From NCBI GenBank assembly GCA_036679065.1, contig JAZIGN010000004.1:64001-128000 (forward strand): a stretch of 64,000 nucleotides of DNA, in the 5' to 3' direction. The position numbers were made by a program, and so were the translations under genes. Shown here one piece after another: positions 19,896-29,625 of this stretch (position 1 is its first letter; every line of letters starts with the position of its first letter). The notes under the pieces were generated by a model, which was given only the letters and a program-made list of their open reading frames with translations, did not search any database and had not been told where the DNA came from. Source of the stretch: Coprothermobacterota bacterium. GTDB lineage: Bacteria; Coprothermobacterota; Coprothermobacteria; Coprothermobacterales; Coprothermobacteraceae.

Positions 19896-21029
19896 ATGAA
19901 TAAAAAAAGTGTAAGCTCTGGTGTGGTTGTACTAATACTCGTACTAGGCATTACAGCCGGTTATGTACTCGGTTTTCTTACCAGTGGTCGCCCTATTGTC
20001 TTACAAGCTGGAGATTATCGGCTGTTAGATGAGTTAAAAGCTGTTCTTCAGGAGCGGTACTACACTGATTTGCCCTCTGATAAGGAACTTCTTTACGGTT
20101 CTGCTAAGGGTTTAACTGCAGCTTTGGGTGATCCATGGACGGAGTATTTAACACCAGAAGAGATTTCTTTGTTGCAAAGTGACTTGGAAGGGACTTACAC
20201 GGGTATTGGAGTAGTCATCAGTAAAACAGGTGACCAAATTGTCATTCAAACGGTTTTCCCCAACACTCCGGCTGCTAAGGCTGGTTTAAAAGCAGGTGAC
20301 ATCATAACGGCTGTGGATGGAAAAACAGTGGAACAAGTCTCTGTAGACGTTGTTTCCTCCATGGTTAGGGGTAAGGCTGGCACCTCTGTGGTAGTGGAAG
20401 TTCTTCGTGATGGGCAGACACTTTCGTTTACTTTGAAGCGTGAAGAAGTCTCCATACCTGCTGTTACTGAAAGCAAGATGGTCACCCCAACGGTTGGATA
20501 CATAAGGCTTATGCAGTTCTATGACAATAGAGCCTCTTCCGAGTTTAGAAGTGCTTTGGTTCAGCTAAAAGGTGAAGGCATGACCTCTCTGATCATTGAT
20601 TTGAGGGATAATCCAGGAGGTATGCTAGAGGAAGCTCGTAGAATAGTTGGCTACTTTGCACCTGGGCAGGTAGTAGTTTATGAAAAGGACAAACAGGAAA
20701 CCAAACCACTGAAAGCCCCAGGCGGGTCAAAGTTGTTTAGTGGTAATGTGGTTATATGGGTGAATGGTGGTTCCGCATCGGCTTCTGAGATAGTAGCTGG
20801 TGCTCTGCGAGACCTCATCGGTGCTCAGTTGCTGGGTGAAAAAACCTTCGGAAAAGGAGAAATTCAGACCATCGAACCACTAAGTGAGGGCGCAGTGAAG
20901 GTGACTATTGCTGAGTACCTTACACCAAACAAGACAGCCCTTAATAAGGTTGGTTTATCACCGGATGTGCAAGTTACTGCCACCGACGACGCCAAACTAT
21001 TAGAAGCAACTCTAAAAACCCTTAAGTAG
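19896..21029 (+). CDS. C-terminal processing protease (S41, PDZ)
   Basis: GIG PDZ, DLRDNPGG, SASASE, GKG. Confidence 0.93.
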   Translation: MNKKSVSSGVVVLILVLGITAGYVLGFLTSGRPIVLQAGDYRLLDELKAVLQERYYTDLPSDKELLYGSAKGLTAALGDPWTEYLTPEEISLLQSDLEGTYTGIGVVISKTGDQIVIQTVFPNTPAAKAGLKAGDIITAVDGKTVEQVSVDVVSSMVRGKAGTSVVVEVLRDGQTLSFTLKREEVSIPAVTESKMVTPTVGYIRLMQFYDNRASSEFRSALVQLKGEGMTSLIIDLRDNPGGMLEEARRIVGYFAPGQVVVYEKDKQETKPLKAPGGSKLFSGNVVIWVNGGSASASEIVAGALRDLIGAQLLGEKTFGKGEIQTIEPLSEGAVKVTIAEYLTPNKTALNKVGLSPDVQVTATDDAKLLEATLKTLK

Positions 21030-22377
21030 TACTTAGAATCGTTTCTTCAGAAGCTGGTTCTACTATTATGATCTGAAAGTTTCTATAGAGAACCAGCCCT
21101 TTTTTATTCTTTGGATGGCGCCAAACGTTTTTTATCTGCGTGTAGACGACTTCCACCTTGTTTTCTTCGGACTTTGAACTGTGAAAAGCTGCAATTCTTG
21201 CAGCTACGCGTGCTGTATCATCTGTGAGTGAACTACTCCTAACGACCACATGAGAACCTGTACCTTCCTTAACGTGAAACCACCAATGTTCAGGAGCCGA
21301 TGAAAACGTCACAAAATCATTTCCCGAGGCGGAAAGACCTATGTAGATGGGTACACCGTCAATGAATATCCTCTTATAAGGACTTTGCTGTGTGCTAGTT
21401 GAGTTTACCTTCTTGGCGGGTCTGAGCTTGTTCGCTTTACTGGCTAGCAGCTTTTTCTCAAGAGTTCTTGCTCTTTCAAAAAAGGTTTGAGCGGCTTCCA
21501 CTGAGGTAGAAAACTGTGCAAGGTTCACAGTAGTTTCTTCACCCGTAACCCAATCTGTTATAGTCACTTCACCTTGTGTATCGAGTGGCAAGGAAAGGAG
21601 TACTTGTCCCCAACGTTTCAGTTTTTCCAGTTCTTCTTTCAGTTCTTGTTCGTTAACCATCTCACGCTGGACGGTTAGCTGTTCTTCCTTATGTCTCTCT
21701 TTTCTTTGTATGTTCTCGTAATACGATTCGATTTGTCTACTCGCTTCCATGGAGGCTAAATCCAGAGCCGTTGTAGCAGCAGAAGGGGTTGGCCAAGCAA
21801 GGTCGCGTGCTACCACCATAAAGGGAAGGTCTTTTCTAACTAAGTGTTTCTGCAAAACATCTCGTGCTTGACTTGGCACTTTCGAGATGATTTGTCTTCT
21901 TAAGGGATGGTAAACGTTTTCTTCAGTTTCGGGTTTGGATGGGATAGAGTACTTTTCCCCCAAAGCTAGCTGGCGTTTTCCAGCTCCAGTTGACTTTGTA
22001 GTGAAGATAATGTTTTCATTTTCAAGTACAAGTAAGGCAGCATAATTTGGAATGAGTTCCACGACTAGCTGCCTTTTTACGATCTTAAGCCGGTCGCTCA
22101 AGTGAAGAACTATGATTCTGTCTCCTTCAACGTTTGTTATGGTTTCTATGGAAAGATTTCCGATCATTTGGCTAAGCTTTCTTTCCTTGTTTTCGGTTGG
22201 AAGGAAGGTTCTACCTATCATGGGCGAAGGTTGATACAGTGAAATGAGCAAAGGGCCTTTAGTAGTATCAAGTTCGTAAAAACAACCTTCGCTTAGAACG
22301 GCCTTTACCCGAGCGCCACGAAAGGAACTTTGAAGATCTCGTGCTAAGTAAGATAAATAAAAACTATCAATCTTCAT
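21022..22377 (-). CDS. rqcH: RqcH/NFACT-family ribosome quality control protein (short)
   Basis: N-terminal DR and ELI motifs, coiled coil, C-terminal NFACT-R (ND..T, WFH...GSHV). Confidence 0.8.
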   Translation of the reverse strand: MKIDSFYLSYLARDLQSSFRGARVKAVLSEGCFYELDTTKGPLLISLYQPSPMIGRTFLPTENKERKLSQMIGNLSIETITNVEGDRIIVLHLSDRLKIVKRQLVVELIPNYAALLVLENENIIFTTKSTGAGKRQLALGEKYSIPSKPETEENVYHPLRRQIISKVPSQARDVLQKHLVRKDLPFMVVARDLAWPTPSAATTALDLASMEASRQIESYYENIQRKERHKEEQLTVQREMVNEQELKEELEKLKRWGQVLLSLPLDTQGEVTITDWVTGEETTVNLAQFSTSVEAAQTFFERARTLEKKLLASKANKLRPAKKVNSTSTQQSPYKRIFIDGVPIYIGLSASGNDFVTFSSAPEHWWFHVKEGTGSHVVVRSSSLTDDTARVAARIAAFHSSKSEENKVEVVYTQIKNVWRHPKNKKGLVLYRNFQIIIVEPASEETILSTT

Positions 22378-23338
22378 TCCAGGGTACGTGGGAATAATCT
22401 TCTCTGCGAACAAGACCAAAAGGCTGCTGACCTTCAAGGAAGCGCCTTATATTTTCGCAAGCCATGGAAAGCATTCTTTCCTGTGCATGTTCTGTGAGTC
22501 CCGCTGTGTGTGGTGTCATGATCAAGTTGGGTAGGTGTGAAATAACAACGGGTTGTTCCACAACGACAGGATGAAGGCTTAGCTTTTCATTCCACCAGAC
22601 ATCTGAAGCATAGATGGATGTAGGGTTCTCCTGTAGCCAAACTCTAAGTGCCTGTGGTTCTACGACAGCTGCCCGTGCAATGTTAACAATAACGCGTGTG
22701 CCACCTAACCTTGAAAGCACATCTTTATCGATCATATGGTAGGAATCTCGATTCAGGGGCAATGCGATAACAATGAGGTCACCAAAAGGCTCGCTGGTCC
22801 AATCAGCTGACGAGGTTACACTGTCGAAACCTTCAATTTGATTACCGCTCCGAGAAACACCAACGACTCGCATACCGAAGGCTTTTAGCCTTCTGGCAAT
22901 GGCTTGTCCAATGCTACCTGTGCCTAGTACCACGGCGGTGAGTGAATCGAGATCTTTGCTGACGCGCCTTTTCCACAAATCCATCTTCATCTCAGTCTGG
23001 TAGAAAGGAATGAACTTCAAAGCTGAGAGTGCTAAAGCCAAAGCCATGTCTGCCACGGCTTCGGAATTTGCGCCGGAACCACTAGCAACAGGTATGTCTT
23101 TCGGTATGAGATCCCAGGGTAGGTGATCAACGCCAGCCATGAGCGATTGGATGAATTTGAGGTTTTTCATGTTTGGTATTAGTGTGTCTAATTCGGGGGT
23201 CTTGGGTGAATAAAGCAGTATTTCTGCTTCTTCCACGTTTTGCCACGGTGGTGCTTCAAACTCTGCTTCCGGCAGAAGTTGACGCATAATGTCTAGGTCG
23301 TTTTGCGGCGGTACCCAGTTCAAAAGGATTCTTGGCAT
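22367..23338 (-). CDS. D-2-hydroxyacid dehydrogenase family protein
   Basis: AGVDH, GTGSIG, NIAR, DVW, TPHTAG. Confidence 0.9.
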   Translation of the reverse strand: MPRILLNWVPPQNDLDIMRQLLPEAEFEAPPWQNVEEAEILLYSPKTPELDTLIPNMKNLKFIQSLMAGVDHLPWDLIPKDIPVASGSGANSEAVADMALALALSALKFIPFYQTEMKMDLWKRRVSKDLDSLTAVVLGTGSIGQAIARRLKAFGMRVVGVSRSGNQIEGFDSVTSSADWTSEPFGDLIVIALPLNRDSYHMIDKDVLSRLGGTRVIVNIARAAVVEPQALRVWLQENPTSIYASDVWWNEKLSLHPVVVEQPVVISHLPNLIMTPHTAGLTEHAQERMLSMACENIRRFLEGQQPFGLVRREDYSHVPWNED

Positions 23339-23457
23339 AATTTCTTTGCACCTCCTGATCGTGTTTATATATTAGCAGAGAGTTTATCGTCTTGTCTAAA
23401 ATGATTTAAGTGTTTGAGTTTGCCTTGGTTACCCAATACCTCTGCGGACCGTAGCAC

Positions 23458-23486
23458 TTGAAAATACAGGAACCATGTCTTATAAT
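23458..23486 (+). promoter_or_regulatory. Sigma-70-type promoter for tRNA-Thr
   Basis: TTGAAA-17 nt-TATAAT. Confidence 0.75.
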
Positions 23487-23498
23487 AGAACAGCAGTG

Positions 23499-23574
23499 GC
23501 CGGCGTAGCTCAATCGGCAGAGCAGCTGATTTGTAATCAGCAGGTTTTGGGTTCGAGTCCCAACGCCGGCTCCA
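23499..23574 (+). tRNA. tRNA-Thr(TGT)
   Basis: Cloverleaf; GCTGA-TTTGTAA-TCAGC; CCA. Confidence 0.97.
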
Positions 23575-23707
23575 TGTTTTTTATTCCCCCTGTGCTTGCA
23601 TAAGATGACCAGCTTTCTCTCTATGTCACTTAAAATGTGTTTGACGTGACTGGGGAGTGTCTTTGCATAAACTGGACGAGAGGTTCGATTGAGTTGAGTA
23701 ATGCAGT

Positions 23708-23905
23708 GAGTTTGATGACAAGCTGGTGAACTACAAAAAATGGCAGAAAGACTTTGCTCAATGTTTTCGATGAGATTCACAATGAGATATCGCGGCAATG
23801 AGGATCGGCAGTCCCATAAGTGTTAAAACACTGGACTTAAGTGGGGACTTTTCGACCATAAAAGAACAGCTGGATACCATTGCTAAGAAAGTTTTAGGGG
23901 AGTAG
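23708..23905 (+). pseudogene. Probable remnant of mcrBC-type restriction genes
   Basis: 23798-23905 reads MRIGSPISVKTLDLSGDFSTIKEQLDTIAKKVLGE*, resembling from memory McrC C-termini; upstream EFDD...KW fragment weakly resembles an McrB C-terminus. Confidence 0.5.
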
Positions 23906-24124
23906 TGGTTTTCCTTTTCTTGCATGAGGGTACTTTCTTCTGACCGTTTGTCAACTTACAGGCATGTGGAATACTTTTGCTGCATTTCCTATGCACTTGC
24001 ACATAAACGTGTCTGATGATATATTATTTAACGGAGCACCTATTTGCTTGTCATGCTTCCTGGTGATGCAAGGCAGCAAAGTGCGTCAAAGACCATATGT
24101 TATAATATGGTCTGTGCTAAGTTT

Positions 24125-24210
24125 GGGGAGGTTGCCGAGCGGCCAAAGGCAAGGGACTGTAAATCCCTCGGCGGAAGCCTTCGGTGGTTCGAATCCACCC
24201 CTCCCCACCA
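24125..24210 (+). tRNA. tRNA-Tyr(GTA)
   Basis: AGGGA-CTGTAAA-TCCCT, long variable arm, CCA. Confidence 0.97.
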
Positions 24211-24215
24211 AAAGA

Positions 24216-24291
24216 GCGGGAGTAGCTCAGTTGGTAGAGCATCAGCCTTCCAAGCTGAGGGTCGCGGGTTCGAGTCCCGTCTCCCGCTCCA
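24216..24291 (+). tRNA. tRNA-Gly(TCC)
   Basis: TCAGC-CTTCCAA-GCTGA; CCA. Confidence 0.97.
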
Positions 24292-24296
24292 AGTGA

Positions 24297-24372
24297 GCCC
24301 AGGTAGCTCAGTCGGCAGAGCGTTTCCTTGGTAAGGAAAAGGCCACCGGTTCAAGTCCGGTCCTGGGCTCCA
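24297..24372 (+). tRNA. tRNA-Thr(GGT)
   Basis: TTTCC-TTGGTAA-GGAAA; CCA. Confidence 0.97.
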
Positions 24373-24411
24373 GTACGGGTTCTAACAAGTGTCGAGGAGG
24401 AGTGAAGAGTA

Positions 24412-25629
24412 ATGGCGAAAGAGAAGTTTGAGAGGACGAAGCCGCACGTAAATGTAGGGACCATAGGGCACATAGACCATGGGAAGACGACACTAACAGC
24501 AGCGATAACACAGACGTTAGCAGCGGAAGGGCTAGCGAAGCCGCAGGGATACTTTGACATAGACAAAGCACCGGAAGAGAAAGCAAGAGGGATAACGATA
24601 AACATCACGCACGTAGAATACGAGACACCGAAGAGGCACTATGCGCACATAGACTGTCCAGGGCACGCAGACTACATCAAGAACATGATCACAGGTGCAG
24701 CGCAGATGGACGGAGCGGTACTGGTGGTAGCAGCGACAGACGGAGTGATGCCGCAGACAAGGGAGCACGTGTTACTGGCGAGGCAAGTGAACGTACCGGC
24801 GATGGTAGTGTTTATTAACAAGACAGACATGGTAGACGATCCAGAGTTAGTGGAGCTAGTGGAGATGGAAGTAAGGGACCTACTTAACCGATACGGATTT
24901 CCTGGAGACGAAGTACCAGTGATAAAGGGATCGGCATTAGAGGCATTAGAGGTACTGAGCAAGAATCCGCAGACGAAGCGTGGAGAGAACGAATGGGTAG
25001 ACCGTATATGGGAACTAATAGATGCGATGGACAGTTACATACCGGACCCAGTAAGGGAAGTAGACAAGCCATTCCTGATGCCGATAGAGGACGTATTTAG
25101 CATAACAGGGCGAGGGACAGTAGTCACAGGAAGGGTAGAGCGAGGAAGGCTAAAAGTAGGAGAAGAAGTAGAGATAGTAGGGTTACGAGGCGGAGTAAGG
25201 AAGACAGTAGTGACAGGTATAGAGATGTTCCGGAAGACGTTAGATGAAGCGATGGCAGGAGACAATGTAGGTTTACTGCTAAGGGGCATAGGGAAAGACG
25301 AAGTAGAGCGTGGAGAAGTAGTAGCGAAGGTAGGGTCAATAAGGCCGTACACGAAGTTCAGGGCACAGGTGTATGTGTTGAAGAAAGAGGAAGGTGGAAG
25401 GCACACACCGTTCTTCAACGGATACAGGCCGCAGTTTTACATCAGGACAACAGACGTGACGGGGACAATAAAGCTGGACCCGGGAGTAGAGATGGTCATG
25501 CCAGGAGACAATGCAGAATTTGAAGTAGAGCTTATCTACCCAGTGGCATTAGAAGAGGGCATGAGATTTGCAATCAGAGAAGGCGGAAGGACAGTAGGAG
25601 CTGGTGTTATCACCAAGCTCTTGGAATAA
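24412..25629 (+). CDS. tuf: Elongation factor Tu
   Basis: [33 protein letters not shown]. Confidence 0.99.
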   Translation: MAKEKFERTKPHVNVGTIGHIDHGKTTLTAAITQTLAAEGLAKPQGYFDIDKAPEEKARGITINITHVEYETPKRHYAHIDCPGHADYIKNMITGAAQMDGAVLVVAATDGVMPQTREHVLLARQVNVPAMVVFINKTDMVDDPELVELVEMEVRDLLNRYGFPGDEVPVIKGSALEALEVLSKNPQTKRGENEWVDRIWELIDAMDSYIPDPVREVDKPFLMPIEDVFSITGRGTVVTGRVERGRLKVGEEVEIVGLRGGVRKTVVTGIEMFRKTLDEAMAGDNVGLLLRGIGKDEVERGEVVAKVGSIRPYTKFRAQVYVLKKEEGGRHTPFFNGYRPQFYIRTTDVTGTIKLDPGVEMVMPGDNAEFEVELIYPVALEEGMRFAIREGGRTVGAGVITKLLE

Positions 25630-25642
25630 CGGGTGATTTCAG

Positions 25643-25792
25643 ATGAGAGTATTAGTAACGTTAGAGTGTACTGAATGTGGTCACAGGAATTACCACACGG
25701 AAAAGAATAAGACTAAGACCACTGACAGGTTACAGTTCAAGAAGTATTGCCCTAATTGTAAGAAGCACACGTTACACAAGGAGACAAGATAG
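25643..25792 (+). CDS. rpmG: 50S ribosomal protein L33 (Zn-binding form); not in ORF track
   Basis: [49 protein letters not shown]. Confidence 0.97.
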   Translation: MRVLVTLECTECGHRNYHTEKNKTKTTDRLQFKKYCPNCKKHTLHKETR

Positions 25793-25798
25793 GGTTAA

Positions 25799-25874
25799 AG
25801 GGGCGTAGCTCAATTGGCAGAGCAGCGGACTCCAAATCCGCAGGCTGGGGGTTCAACTCCCTCCGCCCCTGCCA
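25799..25874 (+). tRNA. tRNA-Trp(CCA)
   Basis: GCGGA-CTCCAAA-TCCGC; CCA; usual position before secE. Confidence 0.96.
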
Positions 25875-25900
25875 ATATTCTTAGTGAATGGTGATGCCAA

Positions 25901-26104
25901 ATGGCTGAGAAACAGACATTAGGAAACAGGATAAAGAATTTTTTCAGAAGCGCTAAAGTGGAACTTGGCAGAGTTAGTTGGCCGTCAAGGGACCAAACTG
26001 TGAATGCAGTTTTGGCCATACTTGTATTTTCAGGCGTATGGGCTGTTTTGGTAACGCTGCTGGACTTGGGTTTTGCAAGGCTGTTGCCCTTGCTAATGAA
26101 ATGA
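25901..26104 (+). CDS. secE: Protein translocase subunit SecE
   Basis: EL.RVSWPSR plus a single TM segment. Confidence 0.95.
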   Translation: MAEKQTLGNRIKNFFRSAKVELGRVSWPSRDQTVNAVLAILVFSGVWAVLVTLLDLGFARLLPLLMK

Positions 26105-26123
26105 TTTGAGGAAGAAGTCTAAT

Positions 26124-26672
26124 ATGAAGAAGTGGTACATAGTGACAACAGTTCATGGCAAAGAATCTGCAGTGGCTGAGGCAATCAAGCTACGTGCTGA
26201 AAATGCAGGTAACACAGCTATTACTGACGTTTTAGTTCCTAAAGAATGGCGTCTTGAATACAGGGGTAAAAAACCCAGACCCGAAAGGGTACAAAGGGTC
26301 ATTTACCCTGGTTATGTTTTTGTGGAAGTCGAAGTTGACCCTGAGAAGGGGGTCATTGATCCAGAGACTTGGTCTTTAATAAGATATACGCCGGGAGTAA
26401 GAGGATTCATTTCAACGCCAGACCATACACCCATACCTGTTCAGGATAACGAAATGCAGAAGGTGCTGCAAAAGAGCAGAGAACAAGAGGCCGTGAAAGT
26501 TGACCTGCAAACAGGTGACGAAGTGGAAGTTCGTGATGGTGCGCTGAAGGGGCTTACTGGCGTGGTTGTTGATGTGGATCATGAAAAGCAAAAGGTATTT
26601 GTTAAGATAAGCATGTTTGGTCGAGAAGTCATTTCGGATTTGGATGCTGTACAGGTAAGAAAGAAAAGCTAG
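26124..26672 (+). CDS. nusG: Transcription termination/antitermination factor NusG
   Basis: WYIV, YPGYVFVE, TPGVRGF, KOW, MFGRE. Confidence 0.96.
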   Translation: MKKWYIVTTVHGKESAVAEAIKLRAENAGNTAITDVLVPKEWRLEYRGKKPRPERVQRVIYPGYVFVEVEVDPEKGVIDPETWSLIRYTPGVRGFISTPDHTPIPVQDNEMQKVLQKSREQEAVKVDLQTGDEVEVRDGALKGLTGVVVDVDHEKQKVFVKISMFGREVISDLDAVQVRKKS

Positions 26673-26699
26673 AAAGACAGAATTAAGAGGTGATAAGCA

Positions 26700-27125
26700 T
26701 TGGCTAAGAAGATTGCAGCCCAGTTCAGATTGTTGCTACCTGCAGGCAAGGCTACTCCTGCGCCACCCGTGGGACCAGCATTGGGACAGCGTGGCGTAAA
26801 CATAATGGAATTCATTAAGAGATTTAATGCTGCCACGGCAAACATGGGAGACGTTCTAGTCCCCGTGGATGTGACGGTTTACGCTGACAAGAGCTTTACT
26901 TTTGAGGTAAGAACACCACCTGCTTCATTTTTGTTGAAGAAAGCTGCGAAGGTGGAAAAGGGTTCTGGTGAACCCAACAAGGTTCACGTGGGAAAAGTTA
27001 CCCGTGCTCAGCTGGAAGAAATTGCCAAGCAAAAGATGAAGGACTTGAACACAGAAGATTTGGAGGCAGCGGTTCGCATTATCGAAGGAACAGCACGAAG
27101 CATGGGTATTCAAGTTGTGGATTAG
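26700..27125 (+). CDS. rplK: 50S ribosomal protein L11
   Basis: [20 protein letters not shown]. Confidence 0.98.
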   Translation: MAKKIAAQFRLLLPAGKATPAPPVGPALGQRGVNIMEFIKRFNAATANMGDVLVPVDVTVYADKSFTFEVRTPPASFLLKKAAKVEKGSGEPNKVHVGKVTRAQLEEIAKQKMKDLNTEDLEAAVRIIEGTARSMGIQVVD

Positions 27126-27147
27126 CACTCTTGAGTGCGAACAAATT

Positions 27148-27180
27148 GTGGGAGAGCTGTGAAGCTGGCTCGATGACCAC
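27148..27180 (+). promoter_or_regulatory. Probable L1-binding autoregulatory RNA element
   Basis: GTGG-GAG-AGC...GCT...GA-CCAC stem with internal loop, directly before the rplA SD. Confidence 0.6.
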
Positions 27181-27185
27181 TGGAG

Positions 27186-27902
27186 GTGAGTTTTGTGAGT
27201 AAAAGATATGCTCAGCTACTTGAACAATTTGACTTAACGAAGGTGTACACACCTTCAGAAGCGGTAGAGCTTGCTAAGAAAATGGCTACTGCGAAGTTTG
27301 ATGAGACGGTGGAGGCACACTACCGCCTGGGTATTAACCCGAAGTATCCTGATCAAAACGTTAGGTTTACAGTGATTTTGCCCCACGGTACGGGTAAACC
27401 TGTCAGGGTGTTGGTGCTGGCCAAAGGTGAGAAAGCTACTGAAGCTACTAATGCTGGCGCTGACTATGTTGGTGCTGATGATTTGGTAGAGAGAATTCAG
27501 CAAGGCTGGTTGGATTTTGATGTGGTCATTGCCACTCCTGACATGATGGGAGCTGTAGGCCGCCTAGGTAAGATTCTAGGCCCCAGAGGCTTGATGCCGA
27601 ACCCCAAAGCTGGCACTGTGACCATGGACATTGAAAAAACAGTAAAAGAGTTCAAGGCAGGTAAAGTCGAAGTTCGTAATGATAAGACAGGCAATCTTCA
27701 TGTGCCCATTGGCAAAGTCAGCTTTGACGATGAGAAGTTGCTTGAAAACTTCTATGCGGTTACCGCTGCGATCATGCATGCTAAGCCCGCTACTGCCAAG
27801 GGTACTTATGTAAAGAGCATTTCCCTGTGCAGTACCATGGGTCCTGCAGTCAAGGTTGATACTCGTTTAGCGATTGAGGAATCGCTTAAAAAGCAGTTTT
27901 AA
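27186..27902 (+). CDS. rplA: 50S ribosomal protein L1
   Basis: [29 protein letters not shown]. Confidence 0.98.
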   Translation: MSFVSKRYAQLLEQFDLTKVYTPSEAVELAKKMATAKFDETVEAHYRLGINPKYPDQNVRFTVILPHGTGKPVRVLVLAKGEKATEATNAGADYVGADDLVERIQQGWLDFDVVIATPDMMGAVGRLGKILGPRGLMPNPKAGTVTMDIEKTVKEFKAGKVEVRNDKTGNLHVPIGKVSFDDEKLLENFYAVTAAIMHAKPATAKGTYVKSISLCSTMGPAVKVDTRLAIEESLKKQF

Positions 27903-27952
27903 ATGACAGGCACTGGGATGTGTTAAAATTCCAGTGTATCTGAAAAGAAAAT

Positions 27953-28057
27953 TAGACCGAAGAAGTCGGTACTAATGCCTGAGAAGGGCAACCGGCGGAG
28001 GTTATCAGGGTGGATATTTGGTTTTAGGGCCACCGACCTACCGTCGGTGGCCTTTTT
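27953..28057 (+). ncRNA. L10 leader (ribosomal protein autoregulatory attenuator)
   Basis: AGACCGAAGA...TAA...GGAGGT core, then GGCCACCGAC-CTACC-GTCGGTGGCC-TTTTT hairpin, upstream of rplJ. Confidence 0.7.
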
Positions 28058-28074
28058 AGTAAGGAGGTGATACG

Positions 28075-28614
28075 TTGGCATATGTGACCAGGGTTCGACC
28101 CGAAAAACAAGCTTTAGTTAAGCAGTTGCAGGAGTGGGTTCAAGAGAGTAAAGGAATGGTCTTTTTCTCATTCGAGGGTTTGACCAGTAAAGACATGCAG
28201 GCCATGAGAGCCGAAATGAAAAAGAACGGACTCGTGGTAAAAGTGGTGAAGAATACTTTACTAGAACTCGCCTTGAAGGACGTTGGTTTGGACGTTGATG
28301 AATCTTTGTTCAGAGGAACTACTGCTCTGCTGTTTTCAAACGAAGACGAGTTAGGACCTTTCAAGCTGTTCGTTGAGCAAGCAAAGAAGTATGGAGCTAT
28401 GCAAGCCAAAGGTGGCATTCTGGAGGGACGTTGGATCCCTGCGAAGGAAGTGGATACCATCGCAAAGCTACCCGGCAGGCAGGAGCTCTATGCACAGTTG
28501 GTGGGTGCAGTGTCTTCACCAATAAGGGGATTGGTAACAGTGTTGTCTGGTCCCTACAGGAACTTGGTTTATGCCTTGGAAGCAATAAAAGAGAAAAAGG
28601 AAAAAGCTGCGTAA
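28075..28614 (+). CDS. rplJ: 50S ribosomal protein L10
   Basis: VVKNTL, KGG, LPGRQEL. Confidence 0.96.
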   Translation: MAYVTRVRPEKQALVKQLQEWVQESKGMVFFSFEGLTSKDMQAMRAEMKKNGLVVKVVKNTLLELALKDVGLDVDESLFRGTTALLFSNEDELGPFKLFVEQAKKYGAMQAKGGILEGRWIPAKEVDTIAKLPGRQELYAQLVGAVSSPIRGLVTVLSGPYRNLVYALEAIKEKKEKAA

Positions 28615-28630
28615 AGGAGGTCATTTGCAC

Positions 28631-29008
28631 ATGACAATTGAGGAAATCATTAGTGAAATCGAGAACATGACAGTCTCTCAGCTGGCAGAGTTGGTTAAGG
28701 CCCTTGAGGACAAGTTTGGTGTGTCTGCGTCCATGCCAATTGCAGTGGCGGCACCGGTGGCAGGACCAGCGGCTGCTGCTCCAGTAGAAGAAGAAAAAAC
28801 TTCCTTTGACGTTGTTCTGAAGGAAGCTGGTGCCAAGAAGCTTGAGGTTATAAAGGTTGTACGTGAGATTACAGGACTTGGCCTAAAGGAAGCAAAAGAC
28901 TTGGTAGAAAGTGCACCAAAGCCAATTAAAGAAGGAGTTACTAAGGAAGAGGCAGAAGAATTAAAGAAGAAACTCGAGGAAGTTGGAGCTGTTATTGAAC
29001 TGCAGTAA
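28631..29008 (+). CDS. rplL: 50S ribosomal protein L7/L12
   Basis: [25 protein letters not shown]. Confidence 0.98.
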   Translation: MTIEEIISEIENMTVSQLAELVKALEDKFGVSASMPIAVAAPVAGPAAAAPVEEEKTSFDVVLKEAGAKKLEVIKVVREITGLGLKEAKDLVESAPKPIKEGVTKEEAEELKKKLEEVGAVIELQ

Positions 29009-29014
29009 TAAATT

Positions 29015-29084
29015 TTGAAAAGCTTCTGTTAAGAGTATATAATGTAGAAAGGAGAGGTGGGGCCTTGAGTCCCACTTCTTCTTT
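29015..29084 (+). promoter_or_regulatory. Promoter plus rimP-leader hairpin
   Basis: TTGAAA-17 nt-TATAAT (29015-29043), then AGGTGGG...CCCACTT hairpin with T-rich tail, like the described rimP leader. Confidence 0.7.
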
Positions 29085-29112
29085 ATAAGGACTACGTAAG
29101 GAGTGATCTTTA

Positions 29113-29625
29113 GTGCTGTCGCCAAAGGAAAAAGCCGATCTTGAGGACCAGATTTCCAAGATTGTCGTATCAAAAGGGTTTTATTTTATCGATTTGGAAG
29201 AACGAGTGGAAAAAGGCGCTCACATAATCTCTGTGGTCGTTCACAGGGAACCATCAGTGACCATTGGCGACTGCGAAAAGCTTACTAGAGCCATTTTGCC
29301 TTTACTTGAGAGCCTCCCGTGGTACGGCGACAATGAACATTTAGAAGTTACCAGTCCGGGCTTGGATAGGGCTCTCAAAAGGGAATGGGAATACGAGATT
29401 TTTAAAGGAAGGATCATTGACATTTCTTTCGAGAGAGATGGAAAGACACAAACAGTACGCGCAAAGCTAATGGGCAGGGAAGATGACAAAGTCGTAATTG
29501 AATACGAGGGGAATTACTTCCGCATTCCTTTCGACCAAGTTAAAAAGGCGAAATTGGTTTTTGATGAAGGAGGGAAAGAGAATGGAAAAAAACAAAAGCG
29601 AGGCCATAGAAAAGGCGCTCAATGA
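29113..29625 (+). CDS. rimP: Ribosome maturation factor RimP
   Basis: DCE, LEVTSPGLDRAL, KKAKL; upstream of nusA. Confidence 0.92.
   Translation: MLSPKEKADLEDQISKIVVSKGFYFIDLEERVEKGAHIISVVVHREPSVTIGDCEKLTRAILPLLESLPWYGDNEHLEVTSPGLDRALKREWEYEIFKGRIIDISFERDGKTQTVRAKLMGREDDKVVIEYEGNYFRIPFDQVKKAKLVFDEGGKENGKKQKRGHRKGAQ

Noticed and set aside
23406..24608. Several 84-130 aa ORFs over the tRNA cluster
   Set aside because: Shadow ORFs across tRNA genes on both strands, with no protein-like motifs
24532..25418. Stacked antisense ORFs in tuf
   Set aside because: By-product of the codon structure of a real sense gene
27122..27141. CIRCE-like arms TTAGCACTC-TT-GAGTGCGAA after rplK
   Set aside because: The spacer is 2 nt rather than the required 9 and the context is not a chaperone gene; more likely a small RNA hairpin
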